A stretch of DNA of 64,000 nt from Clostridiales bacterium (GTDB lineage: Bacteria > Bacillota > Clostridia > Christensenellales > UBA1242): the NCBI GenBank assembly GCA_918262735.1, contig CAKJYJ010000005.1, positions 139,538 to 203,537 on the forward strand, written 5' to 3'. The notes below the pieces were generated by a model. That model worked only from the letters and a program-made list of their open reading frames with translations, was not told the DNA's origin and searched no databases. Numbering within the stretch: the first letter of the stretch is position 1; every line of letters starts with the position of its first letter. The translations under genes and the position numbers were made by a program. Positions 18,349 through 27,094 of the stretch are shown here, one piece after another.

Positions 18349-20184
18349 CTATTTAACATCATTGATTTTTAGTTCATCATCAACATATTTGTTTATAACT
18401 AGATCTATGCCATTCTTTAAGATAGCTCTGAGTGTTGAACCGTCTTTATTATTTTCATTTTTAGTCATTTCTCTGAATACTCTATTTACATATGTTTCAT
18501 ATTTCTCAGAATCTTTTATATCATCTCTTTCTGCAAAGAATTCAAGAAATTTCTTTTTCAATGCTATAAGTTGTGCTGTGATCTCTCTAGCATTTTTATA
18601 TTCAGACCCATCTCTATTAGCATCTCTTCTTTTGCTTGTTGTTTTGTTTTGATAATAAGCCAAAACGTTTGCAAATAATCTTGCTGTTTTTGTTCCTTTT
18701 TCCTTACCACCAACAGCTGCATAATCATGAGTATCTAGGTGTCTAACAACACTAACAGCCCTGCCAGATAAAAGTTTTATAACTGCCTTGTCAATAACTC
18801 TTTCAACCGCCTTTACATTAACCTTTGGCTCTTCGTGGGTTATTGTTTCCTGCTCAATATTTTGAAGCTCGCCACGAACATATGGAACTAAAGCGTTATT
18901 TTTGTTTGTGCCAGCAGAAAGCAATAACATATCTGAAGCGTTTGGAAGCTCTGGAAGTTTGCCGGCAACTGGTATTTCTGGCAATTGAATATCCTTATTT
19001 TTAGCATATTCTTCAAAAATATTGCCCTTTTTAATTACTTTCTTTTTAGAAACTTTTTGTTTTTTTGGTTCTTCGGTTTTATTTTCTTGTTCATCTGTGT
19101 TTGTTGCAAATTTTTCGTAAGTTTTATCTTTTGCCAAAAGGAATGCTTCCTTCATTGTTTTTGGAACAGAAGTATATTCAAAGCCATTTTGCATCATTGC
19201 ATGCATAACACTTTCTTTTGTCATTTTGTTTTGCTTGCATGTGTCACAAACAACACTTGCACCAAGCTCTGTTATTAATTTTAATTGTTGAGAATTGAAA
19301 TTTGCCCTGTTTAGCACATTTGAAAATTGTAAGAACAAACATGATTCAACCTTTTTATTTGTTTCTTTGTCACCAAAATCTGTTGCTCTTGCCATTAATA
19401 TGTCTGCAAATAATCTTGAAGCAAACTTAACATCCTTTGTTATTTTGCCCTTATTTTCTTTTCTTAAATCTCTAACATTCTTTGCAATTGCTACTCTAAA
19501 CAATTCATCATGAATTTTGACAACTCTTTCAATATTTGAATATTCATAGCCATCTGCTGATTTTTGAGCTAAAAGAAGACTGCCTTTGAATGAGTTTTTA
19601 ACCTTGTCTAAATTTTTTGTTAATCTATAAAAAACATTTTTTACTTTTGTTATAGCTAAATTAACTAGACATCTTCTATAAATGTTAAGTGTTGAATATT
19701 TACCGTCAAAAACCTTAACACCCAAATTTTCTTCTAAATTTTTTAGAATGGTTTGATAGTTTGCGGCAGGCATTTCTGCGCCCTTGAATGGTGGAACCGG
19801 CTCGGTGTAATCATTATCTAATGGATATGAAAGTGAATACTTATTTGGAATTTGTTTTAATGCGTATGATGAAAATAGTCTCTCACCCTCACCATTATTA
19901 TCAGTTGTGTCAACAACTGGCTCCAAACCCTCAGCAACCTCGTTTGGCTCATAGGATTCGTTTTGCCACCAACCATTCATTCCGTTTGATTGTAGGTGAT
20001 TTATCTGTGGATTAACCAAAAAATATTGAAGTTGCAATCTTGACGTTACGTCCAAAGCATTACATTCATTTTTGCCCATATAGTTTGCAACAATCATATC
20101 AAAACCCGCTTGTTTATCAACAACAAGCGCACGCAAATCTTCTTTTGCTTTTTTAGATAATTTACTAAAATATTTTATATGCAT
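18349..20184 (-). CDS. Hypothetical soluble 611-aa protein with an internal duplication
   Basis: The ORF-track start is TTG. I prefer the ATG at 20182-20184, 7 nt after AAGGAG. No TM segments. The motif pair KFASRLFADILMA and KTARLFANVLAYY sits either side of a K/E-rich linker (EEPKKQKVSKKKVIKK). Confidence 0.6.
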   Translation of the reverse strand: MHIKYFSKLSKKAKEDLRALVVDKQAGFDMIVANYMGKNECNALDVTSRLQLQYFLVNPQINHLQSNGMNGWWQNESYEPNEVAEGLEPVVDTTDNNGEGERLFSSYALKQIPNKYSLSYPLDNDYTEPVPPFKGAEMPAANYQTILKNLEENLGVKVFDGKYSTLNIYRRCLVNLAITKVKNVFYRLTKNLDKVKNSFKGSLLLAQKSADGYEYSNIERVVKIHDELFRVAIAKNVRDLRKENKGKITKDVKFASRLFADILMARATDFGDKETNKKVESCLFLQFSNVLNRANFNSQQLKLITELGASVVCDTCKQNKMTKESVMHAMMQNGFEYTSVPKTMKEAFLLAKDKTYEKFATNTDEQENKTEEPKKQKVSKKKVIKKGNIFEEYAKNKDIQLPEIPVAGKLPELPNASDMLLLSAGTNKNNALVPYVRGELQNIEQETITHEEPKVNVKAVERVIDKAVIKLLSGRAVSVVRHLDTHDYAAVGGKEKGTKTARLFANVLAYYQNKTTSKRRDANRDGSEYKNAREITAQLIALKKKFLEFFAERDDIKDSEKYETYVNRVFREMTKNENNKDGSTLRAILKNGIDLVINKYVDDELKINDVK

Positions 20185-20235
20185 AATCAAACTCCTTGCT
20201 TCAAATTTTGACCTACATCTTCTCTGCTACAACAT

Positions 20236-20264
20236 ATTATAACACGCTTTTATTAAATATTCAA
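20236..20264 (-). promoter_or_regulatory. Sigma-70-type promoter of the 611-aa gene
   Basis: Minus strand reads TTGAAT (20264-20259), a 17-nt spacer, then TGTTATAAT (extended -10, TATAAT at 20241-20236). Confidence 0.65.
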
Positions 20265-20335
20265 TACCCAATTTTTTTGTTTTTGTAAAAATTATGCGAA
20301 ATACCATTAAGTTTGATATAAATATAAAGTTTGCG

Positions 20336-20374
20336 AACAAAAAATAACCCCATATAGATATATATGAGGTTATT
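20336..20374 (-). terminator. Rho-independent terminator after the VirB4-like gene
   Basis: Long hairpin AATAACC-c-CATATA-ga-TATATG-a-GGTTATT (20343-20374), followed on the minus strand by TTTTTTG. It starts 4 nt after the stop. Confidence 0.65.
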
Positions 20375-20378
20375 GATT

Positions 20379-23069
20379 TTATGAGAATATTTTTTTAACG
20401 TATTCGCCGGCAAATATTTGAAGTGTTGTTCTATTCATTGGACTTGTGATAACAAATGCTTGACCAACACCGGCAGTAACAATACTGTTTTGCTCCTCTT
20501 TATTAATTTCACCAGATTTTCTATATAGTTCAACAAGGTCATTTAAGTCAGATGGAGCCAGCGAGAATATCATTGAATACTGACAGGCATTAATAACGGC
20601 TGTTGATTGCCTTTCAATTTCTGGAGAACCAACAAAGTCTTTAATGTTCTGTGTAATAACAATTTGCATACCGCCATATTTACGAATTCTTTTTGCCATC
20701 TGAGCCATAAAGTCTAGTGCTATTGGATACTCTGGGTTAATGAACATATGCGCTTCATCAACGGTAACAATAATCTTACGATTTAACTTATACTTTTGGT
20801 TGAAGTCTTTATTTTTAATAATTTCGTTCATTAAGTACTTAAATATAATAAGCATCTGTGCATTCGCAATAATTTGGTTGTTATTTGCAAGCAAACTCTG
20901 AAAGTTAAATGAAATAAAGTTTTCTTTTGTTTCAAGAGATGTTGGACCATTCCAAAGTTTACTATTACGTCCACCCCTTGCAAATTTTTTAATATATGTT
21001 TCAACAACCATCAAATTTGTTCTAGCATACTCATTCTTCTCTGTTTTAATTCTTTCAACAATTAAATCGTATAGGTCATCAAAAATTGGGAATTCGTCGG
21101 CACCCATCGTGCTAAAGTCTGAGTGGTCGGTTATGCCCTTTTGACGATACATATCAACAACACAAGAGTTTAATATTTCAAAAGCATCACTTGAAATACC
21201 AACCAAAATAACTCTAAAGAACTGCTCCAAGAACTGCAAGTGCTGAGCAAATGTGTCTGACGTGTCAATTTCTTCTGTTAATTCAACCCCAGCTTCAACT
21301 TCTTCTGCGGTTAGTTTTGATTTTTTAATTTGAAATGAAAGCGAATCGTCTTGCAAACTGGTGAACACGTGGAACGGATTAATAATACCCATTGCAGATG
21401 TGCCGACATCAATAACCTTACCATTTAAGTTTAATGCAAGGTTGGTATATTCGTTTTCTGGGTCAAGAATAAATATCTTGGTGTTATCTGCCGCAAAATT
21501 CGCAAGCAGAGTTTTTGTGGCATATGATTTACCAGAACCAGATTTTCCAATAACCATCATATTGCTATTAACACGCTCTCTATCACGCTTAAAAAAGTCA
21601 ATGAAAACTGGAAATTCATTATCTCCAACATAGAAGCCATCGTCATCTTGAAGTGCAGATGAAATAAATGGGAACATTGCAGCAATTGATGTTGTTGGAA
21701 TTCCACGTTTTGCTTCTTTACATGAATTACGCATTGAAATATTTGAACTAACAAAAGCATCAACCTGTCTACCAAACATTTCCGAATATTTGAAGCCTTC
21801 TTGTTTTAATATTGCCCTAACATCTTTTCTTGCCTGGTCTTCACATGTGATATATACACTTGTTTCAAACAATTGTTGGTTGTTACTTTTTAGCTGAACT
21901 AAAAGTTCTTGCAAGGTTCTTAAATGTGTTTGATTTTCAATTTGTTTTGATGAGGTTCCACCATGCATCAACTTACTTTCCATTTCCATTATTGCTTTAT
22001 CTATTGCTTTTTCAGATTCGTATTTTGGAACTGGTTTGAACTTTGTTACAACTTTTGTACGGTCTAAAAGATAAAATGGTGCCGCCCACGCATTTCCAAC
22101 TTGAACGGGATAATCGGTTATGGCAAATGACCTATAATATTTATCATCAATAATAGTTCTTGCTGCTTGAAATTTTATGCTAGTTGGAACAACCCAGTCA
22201 AAATATTTATCCATTGATGTTGTTTCAAGTTCTCTTTCATCAAACTCTTTGCCATAGTTTGCTCTTAAGAAAATTAACAAGTCTTTTCCAACAACAAGTT
22301 TGCTATATATTGCAGTAACTGCACTTTGAAGAGTTACCATAATTCCATTAACTGTGGTTTCTAGTGATTCACGGTCCTTATCGTAAACAACAATATAGAA
22401 ATAGTCTTTATATATCTTATCTTCACGATTCATTCTTTCCATATTGGCAACACGTTCCTCAAAAACTCCGGAACGAATTTCAACCTCTTTCATGGTCATT
22501 TCGCCTTCACTTTGAAGGTCCATTAATTTATTGTACTTTTTATCCTCATTGTATATATAGTTATCTAGAACCATTGCTTTATTAATTTTAATAATACTAG
22601 CAACCTGATCATTTGCAATTCTTGTTAGTGCTTTTGAAACTGAACCAATAACTAGGTTTTGCCTATCTTCATTCAAAAGTCCAAAAACAATTGGTTTAAC
22701 CTCTATAACTTGAGCATAGTATTCATCAAAATTTATGAACCTGTCCTGATATAACCCAACAAATGGAATTATTTTTTTAATTGGCATTGCGCCCCTTCTT
22801 GCAGTTGCCGAATACTTTTTGGTTTGTGCAAAAAATCTAAACAAATAACCCAGAGTTTGATAAAGCCTAGTTTCGTCGCCAGTTTTAACAAAATAAAAAA
22901 CAAGGTCAAAACCAAGCCAAGCAAAAGCAAACATTTCGTGATATTGAAAGTTTGCTAAAAACAGCCCCACAAGACCAACGGCACATATTATCATGAATAT
23001 TATATCTGAAGATGTGATGCCTTTAACGATTTCCGCTTTAACTTTTGTGTTTCTAGGAATAATATACAT
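20379..23069 (-). CDS. VirB4/TrsE/ConE-type type IV secretion ATPase with fused N-terminal VirB3/PrgI-like membrane segment
   Basis: The N-terminus has two TM helices (IIFMIICAVGLVGLFLANF, FAFAWLGFDLVFYF). Walker A is MVIGKSGSGKSYATKTLL. FILDPENEYTNL...INPF follows. Walker B is IIVTVDEAHMF. RKYGGMQIVITQNIKDF completes the AAA_10/VirB4 layout. Confidence 0.85.
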   Translation of the reverse strand: MYIIPRNTKVKAEIVKGITSSDIIFMIICAVGLVGLFLANFQYHEMFAFAWLGFDLVFYFVKTGDETRLYQTLGYLFRFFAQTKKYSATARRGAMPIKKIIPFVGLYQDRFINFDEYYAQVIEVKPIVFGLLNEDRQNLVIGSVSKALTRIANDQVASIIKINKAMVLDNYIYNEDKKYNKLMDLQSEGEMTMKEVEIRSGVFEERVANMERMNREDKIYKDYFYIVVYDKDRESLETTVNGIMVTLQSAVTAIYSKLVVGKDLLIFLRANYGKEFDERELETTSMDKYFDWVVPTSIKFQAARTIIDDKYYRSFAITDYPVQVGNAWAAPFYLLDRTKVVTKFKPVPKYESEKAIDKAIMEMESKLMHGGTSSKQIENQTHLRTLQELLVQLKSNNQQLFETSVYITCEDQARKDVRAILKQEGFKYSEMFGRQVDAFVSSNISMRNSCKEAKRGIPTTSIAAMFPFISSALQDDDGFYVGDNEFPVFIDFFKRDRERVNSNMMVIGKSGSGKSYATKTLLANFAADNTKIFILDPENEYTNLALNLNGKVIDVGTSAMGIINPFHVFTSLQDDSLSFQIKKSKLTAEEVEAGVELTEEIDTSDTFAQHLQFLEQFFRVILVGISSDAFEILNSCVVDMYRQKGITDHSDFSTMGADEFPIFDDLYDLIVERIKTEKNEYARTNLMVVETYIKKFARGGRNSKLWNGPTSLETKENFISFNFQSLLANNNQIIANAQMLIIFKYLMNEIIKNKDFNQKYKLNRKIIVTVDEAHMFINPEYPIALDFMAQMAKRIRKYGGMQIVITQNIKDFVGSPEIERQSTAVINACQYSMIFSLAPSDLNDLVELYRKSGEINKEEQNSIVTAGVGQAFVITSPMNRTTLQIFAGEYVKKIFS

Positions 23070-23322
23070 AAGCAGTATCTCCTTTTGTTATTTTGTTATA
23101 AAATGGTACTAATAATACAAATCATCTAATTAAATAATACAACAAAAATAAAAAAAATCAAAATAATTAATATAAATAATTAAAAAATATTAAATAATTT
23201 CAAATAAAATTCGTCAATCCCGCTAAAATAAACACATTCTTATTTTTATTAAAATTAAATAATTAATAATTAAATTATTATTTTAATTATTTTTACCACA
23301 ATTATTTATTATTTGTTATCAA

Positions 23323-23346
23323 TAAAAAAAATGCCCCGAAGGACAT
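23323..23346 (-). terminator. Rho-independent terminator of the alpha operon (after rplQ)
   Basis: Minus strand reads AUGUCC-UUCG-GGGCAU followed by eight U. It starts 11 nt after the rplQ stop. Confidence 0.85.
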
Positions 23347-23356
23347 TTTTTAATAA

Positions 23357-23863
23357 TTATACTAATTCAACTATTGCAAGTTCTGCAGCATCACCGCGAC
23401 GGGTTCCGGTTTTAATTACTCTTGTGTATCCGCCGTATGTGCCAAGCTCTTTTGCACGTTCATCATATTTTGGTGCATAAACATTAAATATCTTTTCAAT
23501 AAGTGCATGGTTAACACCATTTGTTCTTGCTTTGAAGTTTTCTAATGACTCCTTAGCTTCCCTTTGTTCTGCAAGGTCATATAAGAAAGCCATCATCTTA
23601 CGTCTAGCGTTAAGTTTTTTAACACCATCGTTAACAACTTCTTTTTCAACTTTTTTACCATCAAGTGTTACGGTTTTTGTTACCTTAACATTGTCTTGAT
23701 ATGTGTTGATTGCAAGGGTTAAGATTTTTTCAGCTTTTGAAGCAACTGCTTTTGCTTTTGCAACAGTGGTTTCAATTCTTCCATACCAAAGAAGATAACT
23801 AACTTGGTTTCTTAAAACTGCTAATCTTTCTTTGCTTGGTCTACCTAATTTATCGTTAGCCAT
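23357..23863 (-). CDS. rplQ: 50S ribosomal protein L17 (long form, 168 aa)
   Basis: N-terminal KLGRPSKERLAVLRN and C-terminal GGYTRVIKTGTRRGDAAELAIVELV. It follows rpoA. Confidence 0.95.
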   Translation of the reverse strand: MANDKLGRPSKERLAVLRNQVSYLLWYGRIETTVAKAKAVASKAEKILTLAINTYQDNVKVTKTVTLDGKKVEKEVVNDGVKKLNARRKMMAFLYDLAEQREAKESLENFKARTNGVNHALIEKIFNVYAPKYDERAKELGTYGGYTRVIKTGTRRGDAAELAIVELV

Positions 23864-23875
23864 TATTTTCTCCTT

Positions 23876-24829
23876 TTATTCTTCGTCGTCACGTAAACTT
23901 AAACCATAAGTTTCAAGTTTAGCAACAACCTCTTCAATAGATTTTAATCCAAGGTTTCTAACTTTTAACATATCGTTCTTTGATTTTTTAATTAAATCAT
24001 CAATCGTGTTAATGTTTGCTCTTTTAAGGCAGTTGTATGATCTTACTGAAAGATCCATTTCCTCAATTGGAAGTTCAAGAACCTTAACTTGTTCGTCTTC
24101 TTCTTTAGAAACCATAATTTGCATATCGTTCATGTTTTCACATAATTCAATAAATAAATTTACGTGTTCATGAATAACCTTTCCTGCAAGTGCAACAATT
24201 TCCCTTGCGGTTATTGTTCCGTTTGTTTCAACTTCTAATGTCAACTTATCAAAGTCAATGCTTTGACCAACACGAGTGCTTTCAACCGTGTAGTTTGCTT
24301 TTTTGATTGGTGAGAACAAACTATCCATTGCAATAAAATCAACAGAAGGAACTTTTTCTTTGTTTAGGTTGTTTGGAACATATCCTCTACCTCTACCAAT
24401 TAATAATTCAAGCTCTAAATCTGCATCATCATCACATGTGCAAATGTGAAGGTCTGGGTTTAATATTTCAACGTCACTATTTGGCATAAAGTCAGACGCT
24501 TTAACATCTCCCGCACCTCTTTTCTTCAAGTATAAAGAGGTTGTGAAATCTCTATCAGTATTTTCTGTTTTAACGGCCAAATACTTTAAGTTAAGAATAA
24601 TATCAACAACATCTTCAGTTATGCCTAGAACCGTTGAAAATTCGTGCATAACGCCATTGATTCTAACTGCGATTGGTGCAGCACCAGGAAGTGCAGAAAG
24701 AAGTGTTCTTCTCATACAGTTTCCAAGTGTTATACCATAACCCTTTTCAAGTGGTTCAACAATAAATCTTGCATATGAACCACCCTCTGTTTCTTCACAT
24801 GTTATTCTTGGCTTTTCCATTTCCATCAT
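23876..24829 (-). CDS. rpoA: DNA-directed RNA polymerase subunit alpha
   Basis: EKPRITCEE..., GYGITLGNCMRRTLLS, and the C-terminal domain ELPIEEMDLSVRSYNCLKRANI. Confidence 0.97.
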   Translation of the reverse strand: MMEMEKPRITCEETEGGSYARFIVEPLEKGYGITLGNCMRRTLLSALPGAAPIAVRINGVMHEFSTVLGITEDVVDIILNLKYLAVKTENTDRDFTTSLYLKKRGAGDVKASDFMPNSDVEILNPDLHICTCDDDADLELELLIGRGRGYVPNNLNKEKVPSVDFIAMDSLFSPIKKANYTVESTRVGQSIDFDKLTLEVETNGTITAREIVALAGKVIHEHVNLFIELCENMNDMQIMVSKEEDEQVKVLELPIEEMDLSVRSYNCLKRANINTIDDLIKKSKNDMLKVRNLGLKSIEEVVAKLETYGLSLRDDEE

Positions 24830-24849
24830 ATATTCAATTCCTCCTAATA

Positions 24850-25470
24850 CTATCTTGAATACAACTCAATAATCAAGTGTTCTTTAATGTTAAGGTCAAT
24901 GTCTTCTCTTGTTGGAAGGGCTAAAATTTTACCTGTTAATGCTTCGGTGTTAAATTCTAACCATTTTGGCATAACCATTTTCATACCTTTAAGTTGTTTG
25001 AACATCTCTAGCTCTCTTTTGTTTTCTTTAACAGCTATTTCATCTCCAACTTTAACTTGATAAGAAGGAATGTTTACTGTTTTACCATTAACTGTGATTT
25101 GACAGTGGTTAACAATTTGACGGCTCTCTTTTCTTGATGAACCAATTCCCATTCTGTAAACAACATTGTCTAATCTTCTTTCAATTAACGAAAGCATATT
25201 TTCACCGGTAACACCTTTCATTCTTTCTGCTTCGTCATAGTATCTGTGGAATTGTTTTTCTAATATTCCGTAATATTTTTTAACTTTTTGTTTTTCTCTT
25301 AATTGTGTGCCATATTCAGTTACTTTTTTTCTACCTGTTCCGTGTTGTCCAGGAGCAACTGGTCTTCTTTCCATAGCACATTTTTTTGTTGTGCATCTTT
25401 CGCCCTTTAGGAATAGTTTGCAACCTTCGCGGCGACATTCTCTACAATCTGCACCAGTACATCTTGCCAT
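24850..25470 (-). CDS. rpsD: 30S ribosomal protein S4 (Cys-rich zinc-ribbon form)
   Basis: N-terminal CRECRREGCKLFLKGERCTTKKC, then QLREKQKVKKYYG and an S4 RNA-binding domain. Confidence 0.97.
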   Translation of the reverse strand: MARCTGADCRECRREGCKLFLKGERCTTKKCAMERRPVAPGQHGTGRKKVTEYGTQLREKQKVKKYYGILEKQFHRYYDEAERMKGVTGENMLSLIERRLDNVVYRMGIGSSRKESRQIVNHCQITVNGKTVNIPSYQVKVGDEIAVKENKRELEMFKQLKGMKMVMPKWLEFNTEALTGKILALPTREDIDLNIKEHLIIELYSR

Positions 25471-25488
25471 ATTCTAAATTTCCTCCTA

Positions 25489-25878
25489 TTAAACTCTTCT
25501 AACCTTAGGTGGACGGCAACCATTGTGAGCAATTGGTGAAACATCTTTAATTAATGTTACAGCAATTCCCATTGTTTGAAGTGAACGGATTGCAGACTCA
25601 CGACCATTGCCTGGGCCTTTTACGTATACTTCAACGGATCTAATACCGTTTTCCAAAGCGACTTTTGCTGCATCTTCAACAGATTGTTGAGCTGCAAATG
25701 GGGTACTTTTTTTAGAACCTCTTAAACCAAACTTACCAGATGATGCCCAAGAAATAGCGTTTCCTTGCATATCGGTAAATGTTACTAATGTGTTATTAAA
25801 AGAACTTTTAATATGAACTTGACCTTTGTCAATGTTTCTTGAAACTCTTTTCTTTTTAGACTTTTTTACATCAGCCAT
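25489..25878 (-). CDS. rpsK: 30S ribosomal protein S11
   Basis: [18 protein letters not shown] ... [19 protein letters not shown]. Confidence 0.97.
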   Translation of the reverse strand: MADVKKSKKKRVSRNIDKGQVHIKSSFNNTLVTFTDMQGNAISWASSGKFGLRGSKKSTPFAAQQSVEDAAKVALENGIRSVEVYVKGPGNGRESAIRSLQTMGIAVTLIKDVSPIAHNGCRPPKVRRV

Positions 25879-25892
25879 TGTTACTTATCTCC

Positions 25893-26273
25893 TTATGCTT
25901 TACCTTTCTTTGAGCTTCCGCTTACGACTTTTTTCTTGCCTTTTCTTGTTCTGCAGTTGTTTCTTGTGTTTTGTCCACGAACAGGAAGATTTCTGCGGTG
26001 ACGCAATCCTCTGTATGAACCAATTTCTGTTAATCTTTTAATATTCAAAGACACTTCTTTACGAAGGTCACCCTCAACAATAACATTGTGGTCAATATAA
26101 TTTCTTAATTTTGCCACATCATTTTCGTCAAGGTCTTTAACTCGAGTGTCTGGATTAATTCCAGTTTCTGCCAAAATTTTATTAGCAGTTACTCGGCCAA
26201 TACCATAAATATATGTTAAGCCGATTTCAACTCTTTTTTCACGTGGTAAATCAACACCAGCGATTCTTGCCAT
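25893..26273 (-). CDS. rpsM: 30S ribosomal protein S13
   Basis: Start re-set to [26 protein letters not shown] (ATG 26271-26273 behind GGAGGAAA). The 42 extra N-terminal codons in the ORF track read through a structured spacer. Confidence 0.96.
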   Translation of the reverse strand: MARIAGVDLPREKRVEIGLTYIYGIGRVTANKILAETGINPDTRVKDLDENDVAKLRNYIDHNVIVEGDLRKEVSLNIKRLTEIGSYRGLRHRRNLPVRGQNTRNNCRTRKGKKKVVSGSSKKGKA

Positions 26274-26318
26274 ATTTTTTATTTCCTCCAAAATTATTTT
26301 TTGTGATGTATATATACT

Positions 26319-26359
26319 CGCCCTGCGAAAGTGCATATGCACCAGCCGCTCGCATGGCG
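26319..26359 (-). promoter_or_regulatory. G+C-rich stem-loop in the rpmJ-rpsM spacer (candidate r-protein autoregulatory leader)
   Basis: Minus strand reads CGCC-A-UGCGA-GCGGCUG-GUGCAUAUGCAC-UU-UCGCA-G-GGCG, with nested complementary arms. The 41 nt are about two-thirds G+C, set in an AT-rich 159-nt spacer. Confidence 0.4.
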
Positions 26360-26432
26360 TTATTTTCAAAATTACGTAACATTTTGTTACTTGCCTCATT
26401 GCTCATAAAGAGCAATAAAACAATAAGTGGGT

Positions 26433-26549
26433 TTAGCCCTGTGTTTGTTTATGTGATTTGTCTTTTGAGCATATAACCATAACTTTACCATTTCTTTTGA
26501 TAACTTTACATTTATCACACATTGGTTTAACAGATGGTCTAACTTTCAT
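26433..26549 (-). CDS. rpmJ: 50S ribosomal protein L36
   Basis: Below the ORF-track size cutoff. My translation is [38 protein letters not shown] (38 aa, C-x2-C-x12-C-x4-H), between infA and rpsM. Confidence 0.93.
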   Translation of the reverse strand: MKVRPSVKPMCDKCKVIKRNGKVMVICSKDKSHKQTQG

Positions 26550-26600
26550 AATATTTCTCCTTTTTTAATTAAGGTTTTAATCTTTGTGATTATATAATAA

Positions 26601-26822
26601 TTAATTTTTTGCACGCCAAGTGATACGCCCTTTTGTTAGGTCGTAAGGACTCATTTCAATTTTTACCTTATCTCCTTCAAGAATTTTAATGTAATTAATT
26701 CTTAATTTTCCTGAAAGATATGCGGTTATGGTGTGTCCATTTGATAGTTTAACTAAAAATGCGGTATTTGGCAGAACTTCTTCAACCACCCCTTCAAATT
26801 CAATTACATCTTCTTTTGACAT
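26601..26822 (-). CDS. infA: Translation initiation factor IF-1
   Basis: 73 aa: [39 protein letters not shown]...ITWR. Confidence 0.96.
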   Translation of the reverse strand: MSKEDVIEFEGVVEEVLPNTAFLVKLSNGHTITAYLSGKLRINYIKILEGDKVKIEMSPYDLTKGRITWRAKN

Positions 26823-27091
26823 ACATTCTCCTTAATTATTGTCTTTGAAAATTTTATAGCCTTTCTAATTTCAGCATTTTGAACCATTTGCTTTAATAAT
26901 AATTTATTTGCAATTTCATCAGCACAATGGTTAGTTTTTATTACATGCTTAATCTTTTTTTTCTTTGGTTTTTGAGCCGTTTTGTTTTTGCCATCAATAA
27001 GGTAAACATAATTGTTCAAAATATTTTCAACAATATACCACTCACCTATATCATGACCACAAATAGAAATAACAATGTCTCCAACTTTCAT
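26804..27091 (-). CDS. Small KOW-domain RNA-binding protein
   Basis: [21 protein letters not shown] is KOW-like. Its position between map and infA matches many Clostridia. The 3' end overlaps infA by 19 nt. Confidence 0.7.
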   Translation of the reverse strand: MKVGDIVISICGHDIGEWYIVENILNNYVYLIDGKNKTAQKPKKKKIKHVIKTNHCADEIANKLLLKQMVQNAEIRKAIKFSKTIIKENVCQKKM

Positions 27092-27094
27092 GGG

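Noticed and set aside
23101-23320. Repeated TAAATAAT/AATTAA words, considered as iterons or an origin-like array.
   Set aside because: At about 90% A+T such 8-mers recur by chance. The spacing is irregular, and no DnaA-box-like or Rep-associated gene is nearby. I kept only a low-interest note on the spacer itself.
23357-23863. L17 is 168 aa, versus about 120 aa in the B. subtilis and E. coli proteins as I recall them, with about 45 extra residues in the middle.
   Set aside because: The N- and C-terminal signatures are intact. Internal length variation in L17 is, to my knowledge, common among Firmicutes. I cannot evaluate its novelty without an alignment.
26274-26399. 42-codon extension of rpsM in the ORF track, and the plus-strand ORF 26213-26476.
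   Set aside because: S13 starts at the conserved [10 protein letters not shown], which has its own RBS. The upstream part is the structured spacer, and the plus-strand ORF lies antisense to rpsM and the spacer with no RBS.
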